DNA of 63,066 bases, the filler included, from Reticulomyxa filosa (lineage: Eukaryota > Protista > Foraminifera): the NCBI GenBank assembly GCA_000512085.1. It is 15 parts of 15 records of this genome, joined end to end, with 100 filler letters (N's around TTAATTAATTAA, not from the genome) between each part and the next. Parts side by side here need not be neighbours in the genome. Positions count along the whole stretch, not along the records: positions 47,056 to 49,657 come from ASPP01026034.1; positions 49,758 to 50,939 come from ASPP01018294.1; positions 51,040 to 52,927 come from ASPP01003010.1; positions 53,028 to 57,744 come from ASPP01010602.1; positions 57,845 to 59,134 come from ASPP01040932.1; positions 59,235 to 60,887 come from ASPP01015826.1; positions 60,988 to 63,066 come from ASPP01005161.1; 8 more parts are not named here. One strand, given 5' to 3'. A program made the position numbers and the translations under genes. Under the pieces are notes generated by a model that saw nothing but the letters and a program-made list of their open reading frames with translations, made no database searches and had not been told where the DNA came from. Shown here piece by piece: positions 48,641 through 61,304 of this stretch. How positions within the stretch are numbered: the stretch's first letter is position 1; each line of letters starts with the position of its first letter.

Positions 48641-49625
48641 CACAAAACTTCACTTCCAACTTGTGGCTGGGTCACACATATTTCTTTTTTTGCTTAAATT
48701 TTTTCTCACTCCGGTTTTTCATACTTACATGTTTAGCCGGTGAAAAATCCATCTTAGTAGCCGTCAAGACAATTCCGCGTCCAATAGTTTACAGTTATGA
48801 AAAACATTTACGAGATAGCGGTATCCACTTTATGAACTGAAGCAGCAAGTGTTTTTGAGAATTATATTGCCCCCATTTTGTTGAGTAACTAGTTTTCTTA
48901 ATCTCTTTGAAGGTCGCCCAGCATAAAATTGTTTGAGTGTACACTACAAGTTTGTAACAATCAAAAATATCAATTCACAATTTCTCCAAGCAATTGAACT
49001 AAATTTATGGAGTAGTGTAAAAGCCGATTTACAAAGCTTTATTGAAGTTAGGTTAAAAGTTACTATAGCCACGCAAGCACTAGACAAATAAATTTGTCAG
49101 TTTGTATAAATAGAATAGGATACTGACAATTTGTTCAAGAGTAGCCTCATATAGCGTTAGAGCATATTTGAAACCTCACTCAGTTTATCAGTTAGTGTAA
49201 ACAGAGCTGCAAAAAGATGTAAAAGTTTTTTTCTTTCTTTTTTCCCTTTTGTTGTGGATGGTGAATCGCAATGCTTTATAAAGTGCTTCATTGTACAATA
49301 CTTTTGTTTCCAGATGGCCGATTTCGGCTTTTAAAATTGTCATTGCGTCCCCACTCGACCGATGAGGCTTCAACTTGTTCGCAGTCAACAGGAGAACAGA
49401 GATGTAACATATGGAAATATCCGGTGGATTCACCCGACCCAGCAATAAATGACCTCATAAAAATAACCACCAACAAGAAGACAAGCAACAAAAACGAAAT
49501 TCTGCAGCTTTTTGCGCACGAATTTGAGCTCATTCCAGCCCATTATAATCCTGATCAGCAAAATGCGCAGCCCAACAGTTTGACCAATGCCGTTTCTCAA
49601 CCAATCGACAAACCGGACAAATTGT

Positions 49626-49657
<32 letters not shown>

Positions 49658-49757
49658 NNNNNNNNNNNNNNNNNNNNNNNNNNNNNNNNNNNNNNNNNNN
49701 NTTAATTAATTAANNNNNNNNNNNNNNNNNNNNNNNNNNNNNNNNNNNNNNNNNNNN

Positions 49758-49858
49758 CGCAGCCGGTGCGCCGAAGGCAGCTTCACGGCTTGGCCGACGG
49801 ACAGTGCCCTGAGGAGACGCTGCTCCTCTGCGCTGATCCGCACCTGTGCGGTCGGCAT
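49758..49858 (-). CDS. Start of a small bacterial hypothetical protein (MPTAQVRISAEEQRLLRALSVGQAVKLPSAHRL..., truncated)
   Basis: Shine-Dalgarno AAGGAG (49868-49873 on minus strand) lies 9 nt upstream of the ATG. Confidence 0.55.
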
Positions 49859-49935
49859 GACTCACGGCTCCTTGAAACCAGGGATGAAGAGGGCCGCCGG
49901 CCCAAGCCACCGGCTGGCCATGCAACGGCTCCCTG

Positions 49936-49978
49936 GACAGGGGGTTCCGGCTTGAAACCTATTTGCCGGCCCCCTGTC
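49936..49978 (-). terminator. GC-rich stem-loop just downstream of the monooxygenase stop
   Basis: GACAGGGGG-TT-CCGGC ... GCCGG-CCCCCTGTC. No clear U-tract, so it may be a stabilising or REP-like hairpin instead. Confidence 0.4.
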
Positions 49979-49982
49979 TGCC

Positions 49983-50939
49983 CTAAAGCAGGCTCACCTC
50001 GGCCGCCTTGATCTGCAGGGCGAGGTACTTCGAGTACATCCGGCACTGGGCGAAGGAGCCGCCCTGGAACCACAAGCCCTGCTGCGCCGTGGGTATCCAC
50101 ATGTTGCGCAGTTCCTGGGTGCGGTCGTCGAAGCCCCAGACAGGCCCGATTCTGTGGGCAATCTCAGGCCCGAAGAGCTGTTCGACCAGGTGATCCTGAC
50201 CCTTGTATCCGGTCGCCAGCACGATCAGCGCGGCGGGCCGTTCGCCGCCATCCCGCATCACGAGGCCGGTCGCCGAGAACGATTCGATGTCCGCATACTG
50301 GATCAATCCGATCTCGCCCTTCGCCACGAGATCGGAGGCGCCCACGTTGAAATAGTAGCCGCCGCCGCGGCCGCGATACTTGAGCGGCCACCCCGTCCCG
50401 TCCTCTCCGAACTCGAGCCGGAAGCCTACCCGCTCGAGAGCTTTCAGGAGGGGGGCATCATGCGCCCTTGCCTGGTCGGTAAGGAGACGATGGGCCTTCT
50501 TCATCACCCGCAGCGGCACCGATACGTTGATCAGGTCACGATCCTCGAGGGTCGGCCCTTGCCGTAGTAGATGCCGTCATAGAGTTGTGCGCCTGGCTCC
50601 ACGTTGACGATGAGCGTCGGGCTCCGCTGGACGATGGTGACGTGGGCGCCGTTGCCGTGAAGGTCCTGTGCGATGTCATGCGCGCTGGTGCCGGTGCCGA
50701 AGACATAGACGGGCCGGCCCCGCCAAATCCCGCGCCGTTGGCAAACTTGCTTGAATGGACGACGGTACCGGCGAAACGGCTGAGGGTTGGGGATCTCGGG
50801 AATGTTCGGCGTGCCGCTCACGCTGGTCGCCATCACGATGTGCCGCGGATGCAGGGTACGGTGGACGCCGCCGGCCACGTCCATGTCGAGTTCGGCCGTC
50901 CAGCGCTTCCCTGCGGCATCCCACGTCGCGCCCTTGAAG
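49983..50939 (-). CDS. Bacterial flavin-containing monooxygenase (FMO/YUCCA-like), 5' truncated, with apparent frameshifts
   Basis: HIVMATSVSGTPNIP, NADPH motif VFGTGTSAHDIAQDL, VTIVQRS, RGGGYYFNVGASDL, IVLATGY, ELRNMW, LALQIKA. High GC, no introns. Confidence 0.9.
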
Positions 50940-51039
50940 NNNNNNNNNNNNNNNNNNNNNNNNNNNNNNNNNNNNNNNNNNNNTTAATTAATTAANNNNN
51001 NNNNNNNNNNNNNNNNNNNNNNNNNNNNNNNNNNNNNNN

Positions 51040-51077
<38 letters not shown>

Positions 51078-51514
51078 AAACAAGGCTATTTTGTTGATAA
51101 TTCTTTTTGCGTCTGATATTCTATACAAAAGTTCAATTGAACGTTATTGCAAAGAATATATTTACACAAAACTTTGGTAAATAGTCTAACTAACAGTACA
51201 AAGCAATTATTGTAAGGATGCGTGATTAATGTTAAACTTAGTAAAAAATTAATCTTTTTAGGCTTTGTTTGCAAAAGATAAAAGCTAAATATAACAAATA
51301 ACAGTTTCAATTAAAAAGGCTTTACTTGAAGATTTTATTAAGCATATTTATATTGACGCATGTTGATGGAGTTTGGGATTGGTTAAGGCATGAAACATAC
51401 GAAAGAGCGTGTAAAGAGTGTTATTATTTGGCATATCCAAAACTAAATAATTTCATTTGAACATTAAATATTTGTTATGTTGCGAACATGCTGCACACAA
51501 AAGGTTGAAAAAAA

Positions 51515-51670
51515 AGGGGGATATTCGATCTGGTCAACAAATTCAATTGTTCAATGAACATAAATATTTTATAACATGTGTTGAATATCCACCATTTATA
51601 GTAAATAATATCAAAGCTGGTAGTGATATGTTCTGGATCAGAGGACGATACAATTCGTTTTTGGGATAGA
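51515..51670 (+). pseudogene. WD40 family remnant
   Basis: DIRSGQQIQLFNEH...VEYPPFIV...CSGSEDDTIRFWD, similar to the 43975 gene but frameshifted. Confidence 0.65.
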
Positions 51671-52331
51671 TAAGATTATTAACCGATTTATTTGAAACAC
51701 GTTTGCAAAGTAGCAAATATTTTATATTCGAATGAGATTATTTTACTCAAGTTTTTCACTCCTTTTTGTGATTATGATGTTTTTCAAAATATTTGTATGT
51801 TAACAATCTTGTTGCTTGAAGATTGTTATAGCAAACTAGTACGTCTGCAAACAACGCAACGGAATTAACTTGCGATGAGCACGATGATCAAGAAGATGCA
51901 CTAATAGCTGGTGAATAATGTTTAATCAAGTGTTTGAAAGAAATAACAATCAAGACAGTACCAACCAATTCTGAGCAGTTTTCATAATCAATTTTGTCAT
52001 TGAATCTGTTTGCTTCCTTTTTTCTTTTCCTTCAACTTATTATCTTCAAACAGATATTTCATTACAAAGCAATCAATTATCATATCAACCATTAAAATTA
52101 AAACCTATTTCAAGATATTATGCTTTTGGGTAAAAATGTTAAAGGCTTAAAATAATGTAAATTATCAGTTCGCCCAATTATTTGTAACAAAGGAACCAAA
52201 AATAGTATTTTACACATAATGCATTCAACAAATTCCAACTAAAGCATTTAAATTTAAAATCTATTATCAATTTTTTTTATAAAAAAGGTTTGCAAAGTTC
52301 AAGTAGTAAAATTGATAATAAAAAAAAAGAC

Positions 52332-52927
52332 ATGATTACAACTTTCAGAAGGGTTGGTTTTAGACAGGGAGCACTAAACAAAAGGCCAATCTGGAATCTT
52401 GTTCCTTATATTCTCGTCAGACGAATTCGGCAACCCAATACACATCGAGTCGCATTGGACGAACAACATCAAATGACTCAATACAAGAAAAAGCTAAAGG
52501 GACAACAGGGTGCATTATCAAAAACAACATCATCTCCTGAATCAAGACATGAACGATCATTAATTCGAAACATGGAATCTGATAAAGAAATTATTCAATA
52601 TCTCAAGGAGAATTCATCTCAAGATATCACTATCTATTCTGCAGCTGTTAAAAAATGCTCAGAATTAAAATGTCCCAATTCAATCATTCAAATCATTGAT
52701 ATTGTACAAAGCAAATATATTCATCCAGATATCATATTTTATACCACAATTTTATATCATTTGGGAATGTGGGATAAATTTGATTTACAAAAACATTATT
52801 TTCAACAATGGTTTGAAGAACAACAAGATCAATCTGATCATCAATTATTGGTTCCTGATATCATCACACTCAATGCGATGATCAAAGGATGCACAAAAAG
52901 AGGAGATTTTAAACAGGCATTATATTA
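52332..52927 (+). CDS. Pentatricopeptide-repeat (PPR) protein, 3' truncated
   Basis: PDIIFYTTIL, PDIITLNAMIKGCTKRGDFKQALY; Arg-rich N-terminus resembling a mitochondrial transit peptide. Confidence 0.85.
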
Positions 52928-53027
52928 NNNNNNNNNNNNNNNNNNNNNNNNNNNNNNNNNNNNNNNNNNNNTTAATTAATTAANNNNNNNNNNNNNNNNN
53001 NNNNNNNNNNNNNNNNNNNNNNNNNNN

Positions 53028-53072
53028 AAAGTCGTGACAATAGCAGTGCCATTGGGAACAAATAATAATAAC

Positions 53073-53146
<74 letters not shown>

Positions 53147-53967
53147 TAATAATAATAACAATAATAATAATAATAATAATAACAATAATGTCGACAATGT
53201 TGTGGCCGATGTGAAAAGCATCGAGGAAGACTTGTTTTTATCGATCCCAGCCCTGGCGACGATGCTGCATGTATGCTACAAGGTATATGAGAATAAGAAA
53301 CATATCGGATTGGTACTTGGCGTTCAGTCGATTTGTGACGTGTGTGGAAATGGAGTACTTGTGCGACGGGTGTGCGGAAGCCGAGGATCAGAACGACGAC
53401 ACAAAGGGCGATGTGAGAGTCAAGTCCAGTGGTGGTGGTGGTCGATCGAACTCGACGTTGCGAGGCATACTGAACATCTTTCTGATGCTATGTCGTCACA
53501 CATTAAGTGAACTCATGTTGCACTTTGACCATGAAGAGCTGTACGGCAATGAGTGGGCGTTGGACTGGCTCAAAAACATGTTTGTCGGAGTCATGGATTG
53601 GGCCAATGTCATTGCGCTTTGGGACATTTATTTGTGCTATGGCATACATCTATACTGTCCTATTCACAACGAAAAGACTCATTCGTCATTCTATTCCAAC
53701 GCTCGGGATATCACCCCTTCTTCCACGCCTCATATCCCGCCTCACTACAAAGGGCGCAATGAGGGCATGATGTTCCACATGTATTGCTGCATCGCCGTCT
53801 TAATGATGTGTCAGGAAGACTTGCTTGAATTGGACCACGCACAATTAATGGCGTACTTGCATCGTCTTCCTTTTCTTGATATCAACCAAGTCGTCACTCA
53901 AGCTGCTAATATTCGAGAAGAAGTCATCGATGAAGGCTTACTCAATTTTTTAGACATGTACATTTAA
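53028..53967 (+). CDS. 3' part of a Rab-GAP TBC-domain-like protein with poly-Asn tract
   Basis: ELMLHF...WALDWLKNMFVG.......LWDIYLCYG...YCCIAVL...LLEL. The (AAT)n tract at ~53060-53188 encodes poly-N. Confidence 0.75.
53060..53188 (+). repeat. (AAT/AAC)n trinucleotide repeat
   Basis: Directly visible. Confidence 0.95.
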
Positions 53968-54423
53968 TTCATTTTAATTTTTTTTTATTTTTTTATTTTT
54001 TATTTTTTTTATCTTCCTCCTCTTCCTGTCTTCTCTCTATCTATCTCTTTCTCTTATGTGTCTTTTTGTGTCGCACGTTTTCTTGCACTCGTCTTATATA
54101 ACGAACGTGGGAGGGGCAAGAGAAACAATAGCCTGAAAAAAAAAAAAACTGCTCTTTTTTCTTTTTTACACAATTCATTCGATTTACCAAATACCAAAAA
54201 AAAAGAAAAAAAAGTCGATTAGTAAACATTGATATTTTTCCACAATAACAAAAAATTTGTTGAAAAAATGCATTTGACGGCAAAGTAATTTTTATGTTAA
54301 TAATGTTATAATTTAAATGAAAGTTTTTTAAATTTTGTTTTTGACTTTTGCCGTTGTAGTCAAATTTTCGCGTTTCTATTTTGAGTAGCCTTTTTTGTTT
54401 AAAAAAATAAACATCAATCGATA

Positions 54424-55938
54424 ATGATTTTTGTCAGAGTGTCATTCAACCGTATGTATTCTACGCCATATCGCCTTCCTACTTCTTTCATCCAACAACT
54501 ACAATTTAGTTGGCGCAAAGAATCAAAAAGACAAACAGAGCCGTCGCCGAATTTGCGGGAACTTTCGCGATCATCTAACCGGTTAATACAGAAAATGGAA
54601 ACCGGTTACGAAATTGTTAACCTCCTGGAAACTCTCCACATTAATAAAAAAAATATTAAATCAGCTATTAGGCGATGTTATCAAATACGCTATGAAACGG
54701 TCGTTCCGCAAATCTTTGAAATCGCAAAGCAAAAAAACGTTCGACTCGATTTGAACATTTTAAAACTCGTGTTGTCCAAGTCGAACATCGCCACACGTAG
54801 ACAAGTATTCGATGATTGGTTCATTCGCAAGAAAGATAGGACTTTAATCCCGGATGTGTTATTAATGAATAAGATGATTGCAGGTTATGCAAAAGCAGGG
54901 GATTACAAACAAGCATTGTACTTTTTTCGATTGTTAATCGAAAAATTTCATTTGGATCCAAATGCAATGACGTGTAATTCAATGTTATTAGCGTGTTTGA
55001 AAACATGTGATATGGAAAGTGCAGAAGTGATTTGGGATTCACTACAACAAGATCCCAATATCAAGATTGATCATCATCTGCTCAATTCAATACTGAGAGT
55101 ATATTCCTACAATTGCAAAATAAAGCAAATGATGGATTTGCTGAATTATTTTCAACAGCCAGATCATTTCATTAAGATCTCAAATACGACATGTGAGATT
55201 ATTGCTAAGACATTGGCAGAAAATAATATACAAGAATTAATTAATTTTTATAAACAGCTTCCGACATTGAATGAAGCTAATGCTTTGAAAGTGGGAAATT
55301 TGAAAATGTTGGAGTGGCTCTGTTTTGGACATTTGAATGCACTGAAACGCCTGAATGAAAGGGAAACTGAGCAAATAACTTATCGTCAACAGCAATTTTT
55401 AGATATTTTCAACAATGAATTTCCTGAAGATGTAAAGAAAAATTTTGCATATAATCGTAGATGCGCTATGGTTTTGGTGGAATGCTACGTGCTATCAAAC
55501 AAGAATTGGATAAATGTTGTAACAGATTTTGAAAGAGTATTGGCTCAAAATCAAACAAATTTTTTTGAATACAGAAATATAAAAATCATTGATAAGCGCA
55601 AACAATATCTAAATTTTGGTGTGATGCCGAATACAATTCGCATGTTTCTTTTACGTTATTTGATGACCTTCCGAAGAGATGAAGTGAAACAAAAATTCGA
55701 AGATGGCAAAATTATGATTACTTGTTTACCATTTCACGAGTTTTCAAAAATAAATGAAAAAAAGATACATCAAAAATTAGATAATACACTTTTCAAAAAT
55801 GAATTGAATCAATGGAAAATCCCAATTCGTGTAGAACAAGACCCATCTATTCCGGCTCTATTCTACTTGAATCAAGAAGATGTATCATTGTTTTTTCAAA
55901 CAGTGCCTCCTGGAAATGATTGTCTTAAAGCAATGTAA
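54424..55938 (+). CDS. PPR protein with possible degenerate C-terminal SMR-like domain, intronless
   Basis: PDVLLMNKMIAGYAKAGDYKQAL..F, PNAMTCNSMLLAC, LLNSILRVYS; paralogous to the 52332 gene. Confidence 0.88.
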   Translation: MIFVRVSFNRMYSTPYRLPTSFIQQLQFSWRKESKRQTEPSPNLRELSRSSNRLIQKMETGYEIVNLLETLHINKKNIKSAIRRCYQIRYETVVPQIFEIAKQKNVRLDLNILKLVLSKSNIATRRQVFDDWFIRKKDRTLIPDVLLMNKMIAGYAKAGDYKQALYFFRLLIEKFHLDPNAMTCNSMLLACLKTCDMESAEVIWDSLQQDPNIKIDHHLLNSILRVYSYNCKIKQMMDLLNYFQQPDHFIKISNTTCEIIAKTLAENNIQELINFYKQLPTLNEANALKVGNLKMLEWLCFGHLNALKRLNERETEQITYRQQQFLDIFNNEFPEDVKKNFAYNRRCAMVLVECYVLSNKNWINVVTDFERVLAQNQTNFFEYRNIKIIDKRKQYLNFGVMPNTIRMFLLRYLMTFRRDEVKQKFEDGKIMITCLPFHEFSKINEKKIHQKLDNTLFKNELNQWKIPIRVEQDPSIPALFYLNQEDVSLFFQTVPPGNDCLKAM

Positions 55939-56760
55939 GCATTCCAAAGTTGCCGCGAATGTCACATACTCTTTTTTAGTATAGCTCAAGGATGACTCAG
56001 CAACTTGGAAGAAAAAACAAGTTTGTCCTTTTTTTGAATTAATTGCTGAGGACATCACAAACAATTGCTAATTTAAAGTAAACTTATCACTGTGTGAATA
56101 AATGTAAATTTACCTCAATATCAACTCTATTACAAACCATCACTTTAGATTCGATGACCAATCTTTGTATTATTTAGCTTATTTTTTTAAAAGAGTTCAG
56201 AGTGTTTGGATATTCAACTGGAAAAATTTACACGTGCTGTTGTTTGAATCAATAAACAATTGTATGAGATCAACAGAAGTGACAAAGAAAGAACAAGACG
56301 TTTTGCGTTTTTATCATTGGAAAATGGAGATAGATATGAATATCAAAAAGGGCGTCTTTTTTATATGAGCTTAGAACTAAAACCACTGGCAAAATGACGA
56401 TAAAAAAAGATTTGATAATAATCCCTTTTATAATTTTAACATTTTGAAAATAAAAATAGTTAAAAATTTCACCAACTGTACTCCTCCGTAAAAGCATTGT
56501 GGAAAAAAAAAAATATAAAACAATAAAAAATAACTTCCTTTTAAAAACACTAAAAGGTGTCAAATTTCATGAATACAGCTGTCAAACTTTAAAAATTTTC
56601 AAAATCATAACTAAGGATTTTTAGTGATAGAATTTGTTTGCTGAGAGGGTCTGGATAAATTTCCTGTTTTTTTCAAGTCGAAAATTTCAATTAAAAAACT
56701 TCTCTAAATATTAAATAGTATAATCATTAACAACTTACATTAGAAAAAGGCATAACAAAC

Positions 56761-57744
56761 ATGAGTAGTGTTAAGGATGAGAAAATGAATGAAGGATATG
56801 AGGCTGGCTTGATTCCAGTTCCTTGTGAACAACAAACATGCTTGGACAAGAACTGGATTCTGCGATCAAATCAACCAGAATCAATAAGTGATTTTATTTG
56901 TTTCATTTGCAAGCAAGTTGCAAATTATCCCGTCGAACTAAAATGTCCGCAGCATAAAAATTTCCTTGTGGGAGAGAATTGTTTAAAGCAATATCTGGAT
57001 GATCATAATAATTCATGTCCAGTTCAACTTCATAAAACCTGTAAGCGTACCAAAAACAAATTGGCACGACAGCATATTGGCGATTTAATTGTAAGATGTC
57101 CAAATCAGCATCAGCAAGATGTAAGAGTGTCTAAGTCAAATGAAGAAGGACAAACTTCAGATGTTACAGTTATGAGTGCGATTTTAAAGGTAAAATCAAA
57201 GATTTGGATGACCATTTGGATAAATTTTGTCCTTTGCAATTATCGAGTTGTTGGTTCCAGACTTTTGGATGCAGCCATAAATGCTCAAGAAATGACTTAG
57301 AGCATCACTTAGCGTCAAAGATAAAATATCATTTCGACTTAGTCGTTAGCCATGTTTCATCAATGCAACAGACAATTCTAGAACTACAAGTCATCCATTC
57401 TTTTCATATTTTTTTTTTCCCTCCCAAGATTTTACACTTTGAAACAATAATGCTATAAATGCAAATTGCACCATAACAGGAAGAATCAAAACAATTACAA
57501 AAGGAAAATACAAAACTTAAATTGAATGAAAAGAAACAATATGCAGAGATGTTAAAGATGTTTAACGAAAATAATATCTTGAAGCAGCATAATCTCAATT
57601 TCAATGATTCACAGGTAATGTCTTCTACGACGACAAAAAATAAAATAAAAAAAAAAATTGTGCATAATATATTAATATATGATTTCAATAGAGCGCACCA
57701 ATGAAACAAGAATTAAACTTAAAAGATAACAAAAAAAAAAAAAA
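56761..57744 (+). CDS. Degenerate RING + TRAF-type zinc finger + coiled-coil protein; frameshift near 57175; truncated
   Basis: CFICKQVAN.PVEL.C..H...GENCL..YL....SCP, LIVRCP, CDFKGKIKDLDDHLDKFC...CWF..FGC...C....LEHHL. Confidence 0.8.
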
Positions 57745-57889
57745 NNNNNNNNNNNNNNNNNNNNNNNNNNNNNNNNNNNNNNNNNNNNTTAATTAATTAA
57801 NNNNNNNNNNNNNNNNNNNNNNNNNNNNNNNNNNNNNNNNNNNNTTTTTTTTAATCCAAAAAAAATATATATGTATATAAATGAATGAA

Positions 57890-59040
57890 CAGGAACAAAA
57901 GAAATCGACTTACCATTTGAACAATTGTGTTCGAGTGGCAATGTGTATTGGTGCGCTTGGAATATGAGTGAACAAGCGTCTCCAACGGAAACAATGTCCT
58001 TTCGTATTAAAATGAAGGAAATCAAAGGAGAATATATATACATCACAACTGTTGTGCTTGATAAAAAAATGTGCACGCCTCAATCGAAAGTGACAATTGT
58101 GCGTATCCCTGAAAAGAAAAAGCCTCAGGCTTCGGCTCTTTCTCAGCAACATGAAATGTATTTGAAAGCTATCGTTGATCACTTGAATTTGAATATGAAT
58201 GAAACAATTTCGGTGTCAGTAGCTCTGAATGTCATTTCCGAATTTGATCGCCACTGCAATGATTCGAAAGAGGAACATTCTAAACTGCTTCAACCCTCAT
58301 TGTTGGCAAGAGTACTAGCACCGATGGCACGAGAAAATTTTAACAAAATTACACAAGATAAGGAATTGGAATGGAGACAAGTTTATCTTTCTTTTTGCTT
58401 AAAAAAAAATTATCCATCGTTTAATAATTTTAGGACAATGTATCCCACAACAATAGATGATTCGTGCTATCTTTAATTTCTACATAACTATGACCGGCAA
58501 TGAAGACATCAAATTGGAACAATCTTGTCATCTTTGTAAAAACATTTGCAATCCACGATTGGGAGATCCCATGGTTAACTTACCTTTTTTTAATTTATTT
58601 TTAAAACGAGTTTCTAATCCTCCAAACAATACAATAATACAATAATACAAAAATAAATAATAAATAAAAAAACCAATTAAAAAGACAATAGCAACAAAAT
58701 TACAAATGATGATGACACCACTTCAATTGCAACACTTGCAACAAACCATCCATAAAAAAGTGATGCAATCTGCAGATGAAATAGAAAGATACCGGCATTT
58801 GCTATGGTATAATTTGTTCAGTATACCAAACGCACATCCCAGGGTGAATGAACATGTGGCACAAATGCAAGAGGTGATGAAATTACAGCTCAAAGGAGAT
58901 TATGTGTTGGGATTGGTGGAAATGGAGCTGCAGTTTATTGCGGCTCTCAATCGCCCATTACCTGTAGAAGAGCTGTATTTGTTACAGTTATTAAACAGCA
59001 TGATACCATCAGCTCAAATACATGTTTGGCTTGGCAACTG
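57890..59040 (+). CDS. Internal exons of a hypothetical protein
   Basis: Open frames 57925-58380, 58435-58572 and 58684-59040 are separated by GT-AG intron-like gaps. Confidence 0.55.
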
Positions 59041-59234
59041 TTATGTATTGCTTGTTTTATCTATATACATTTATATGAATACATTACTTATTTTTTTTTT
59101 CCCCTTCCTCCTCAATTGCATTTGCACTTACATTNNNNNNNNNNNNNNNNNNNNNNNNNNNNNNNNNNNNNNNNNNNNTTAATTAATTAANNNNNNNNNN
59201 NNNNNNNNNNNNNNNNNNNNNNNNNNNNNNNNNN

Positions 59235-59267
<33 letters not shown>

Positions 59268-59274
59268 TGAACTT

Positions 59275-60690
59275 TTTTTTTTTTAAAAAAAAACAACAAC
59301 TTAACAATTTGCAGAAATTTGAACATCCAAACTTTCTTCGACGACTCCTCTCCCTCCACAGGAAAGCACAATGACTTGCAGATAGGCGCCCAAGATCAAC
59401 AAGGAGAAGATCTGCAACATGGGATAAAAATAGAGCAACAGGCTCCACCCTTTGTTGGAATACACTCTGGACAGGTAATAACACAGCAATCCAAAAATGG
59501 AATACAAGGCCGGCACATACAATATGAACTGGTATCTTCGAATGGCGAGGATTTTTTCCTTGTCAAAGTATTCGATTTCCTTTATCGAATACAGCGATGT
59601 GTAGTTATGGATGTGACGGTGGTGGTCTCCATTTCTCGGCTCAATTATCGTGTCAAACTCTCCATTTTCATTCGTCGTCGTTTTCATCTTCGCCGCGTGA
59701 GTATGGTTCAAGCTTCCACTGCGACTGCACGAAGAGTGGCTCCAATCACTTCCAACATCGCTATATCTGTACAAATAAATAAAATAAAATATATTTATTA
59801 TTTTTATTTTTTATATTTTTATATTTTATATTTATTAGAAACTTGGATAATTCCAATTCATTGTTCTTGTCATCTTCTTCTGGTTGTTGTTGTGCTTCAC
59901 GCTCTTTTTCATCCAGGGGGTGCATTTCGACGGGGTCTCTCAAAGAAAGTACTCCGGCGTCGAGCAAAGGATTTTTTTTCTTCCTTGTGTTGCCACTGTA
60001 TAAGTACTTGATGTATTTGTCTTCGTAATTTTCGGACGTCACAGGTTTGGTCAGAAACGACATGTTCATCCCTTTTTTCAATTCCATCTGCGTCGTCTTC
60101 GGTCGTAGTTTCGTCTTCGTTTTCGTCCTTGTCTTCGTCGACGTATTTCCTGTGTGCGTGTGATCGATCGTCGAAGCAAACTGGCTGTGCGTGGTACTGC
60201 CAAGTCTCTCCGACGCAAAATCGTTGTGGTCGTGGTCCACTCGCAGTGTTATATGTCTTCGAAATGCATCCAATCCTTCATTTTCGTATCTTTTGCTATA
60301 ATAATGCTTTCCTTTTATATATACATATATGTATATAGGTATATGAAACAGAAGCATAGTGTTTAGCACACATACAAAAAAAAAAAAAAAAACACGATAT
60401 CCATATATATATAAGTGTGTTATAAATAATTATAACCATATTTTTTAGTCTTGCTAAGCAACCTGTTGTACCACTTGACGTCTTCCTCTCGACGAGTGGC
60501 CATATATTTTTCCAAGCTGTTGCGGTCCACATTGGTAATGTCATTCCCAGTCAGCTTGAAGTGGTGGATTCTTGGACTTATGGCATAAGAGGACAAGTCA
60601 AATGCCGGCGTTGACTTTGGCGAGTTTGATTCCGATGCTTGTACTTTTTCCTCTTCTTCTTCTTCTTCCTTTTGTTTTGTGTGTTTGGAT
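59275..60690 (-). CDS. Internal exons of a hypothetical membrane protein
   Basis: Minus-strand ORFs 60420-60785, 59761-60369 and 59301-59774; the last has two hydrophobic helices. Confidence 0.55.
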
Positions 60691-61304
60691 GTTTTTGTCT
60701 CGCGAATACACACATACACACATACACACGTACGCACACAAGTTTCAAAAAAGTAGTTGTATTTTATATGTGCCGTATATGTCATATGCAGTTATACTTT
60801 TTATTGGTGGTATGTTTCATTGACATAGTATATACATATATATTATATATATATATATATGTATTATATATATATATATATATATATNNNNNNNNNNNNN
60901 NNNNNNNNNNNNNNNNNNNNNNNNNNNNNNNTTAATTAATTAANNNNNNNNNNNNNNNNNNNNNNNNNNNNNNNNNNNNNNNNNNNNTTTTTTTTCTTAT
61001 ATGTAATATTCAATTGTGATTGATTGATATTGATAAATGTGATCTTTTCGTTTTATTGCATTGTGAATTACCAAATAAATGACAATAAATAAGTTATCGC
61101 ATATCCAAGATACTATGCGTTCCTGCGTTGATTTCTGTATATCGTCGTTCGAACAATATTGGTCAGCATTCAACCCTTGCAAGACAAAGATACATTCACA
61201 GGTATATCTATATGTCAAGTATTAACAAATCAGTGTATATTTATGTTTTTATGCAACAAACTACAAATAATACATTGCAATTGATGATCATAAGTATATC
61301 AATA

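Noticed and set aside
49983-50939. Programmed frameshifting or HGT in the monooxygenase
   Set aside because: Indels in a short bacterial contig are more simply sequencing errors, and there is no host junction.
52976-53221. Poly-Leu ORF on the minus strand
   Set aside because: Antisense reading of the (AAT)n tract.
5549-60987. Recurring TTAATTAATTAA flanked by Ns as a repeat or CRISPR-like array
   Set aside because: Artificial contig linker. Adjacency across these spacers has no biological meaning, so no cross-contig gene clusters were claimed.
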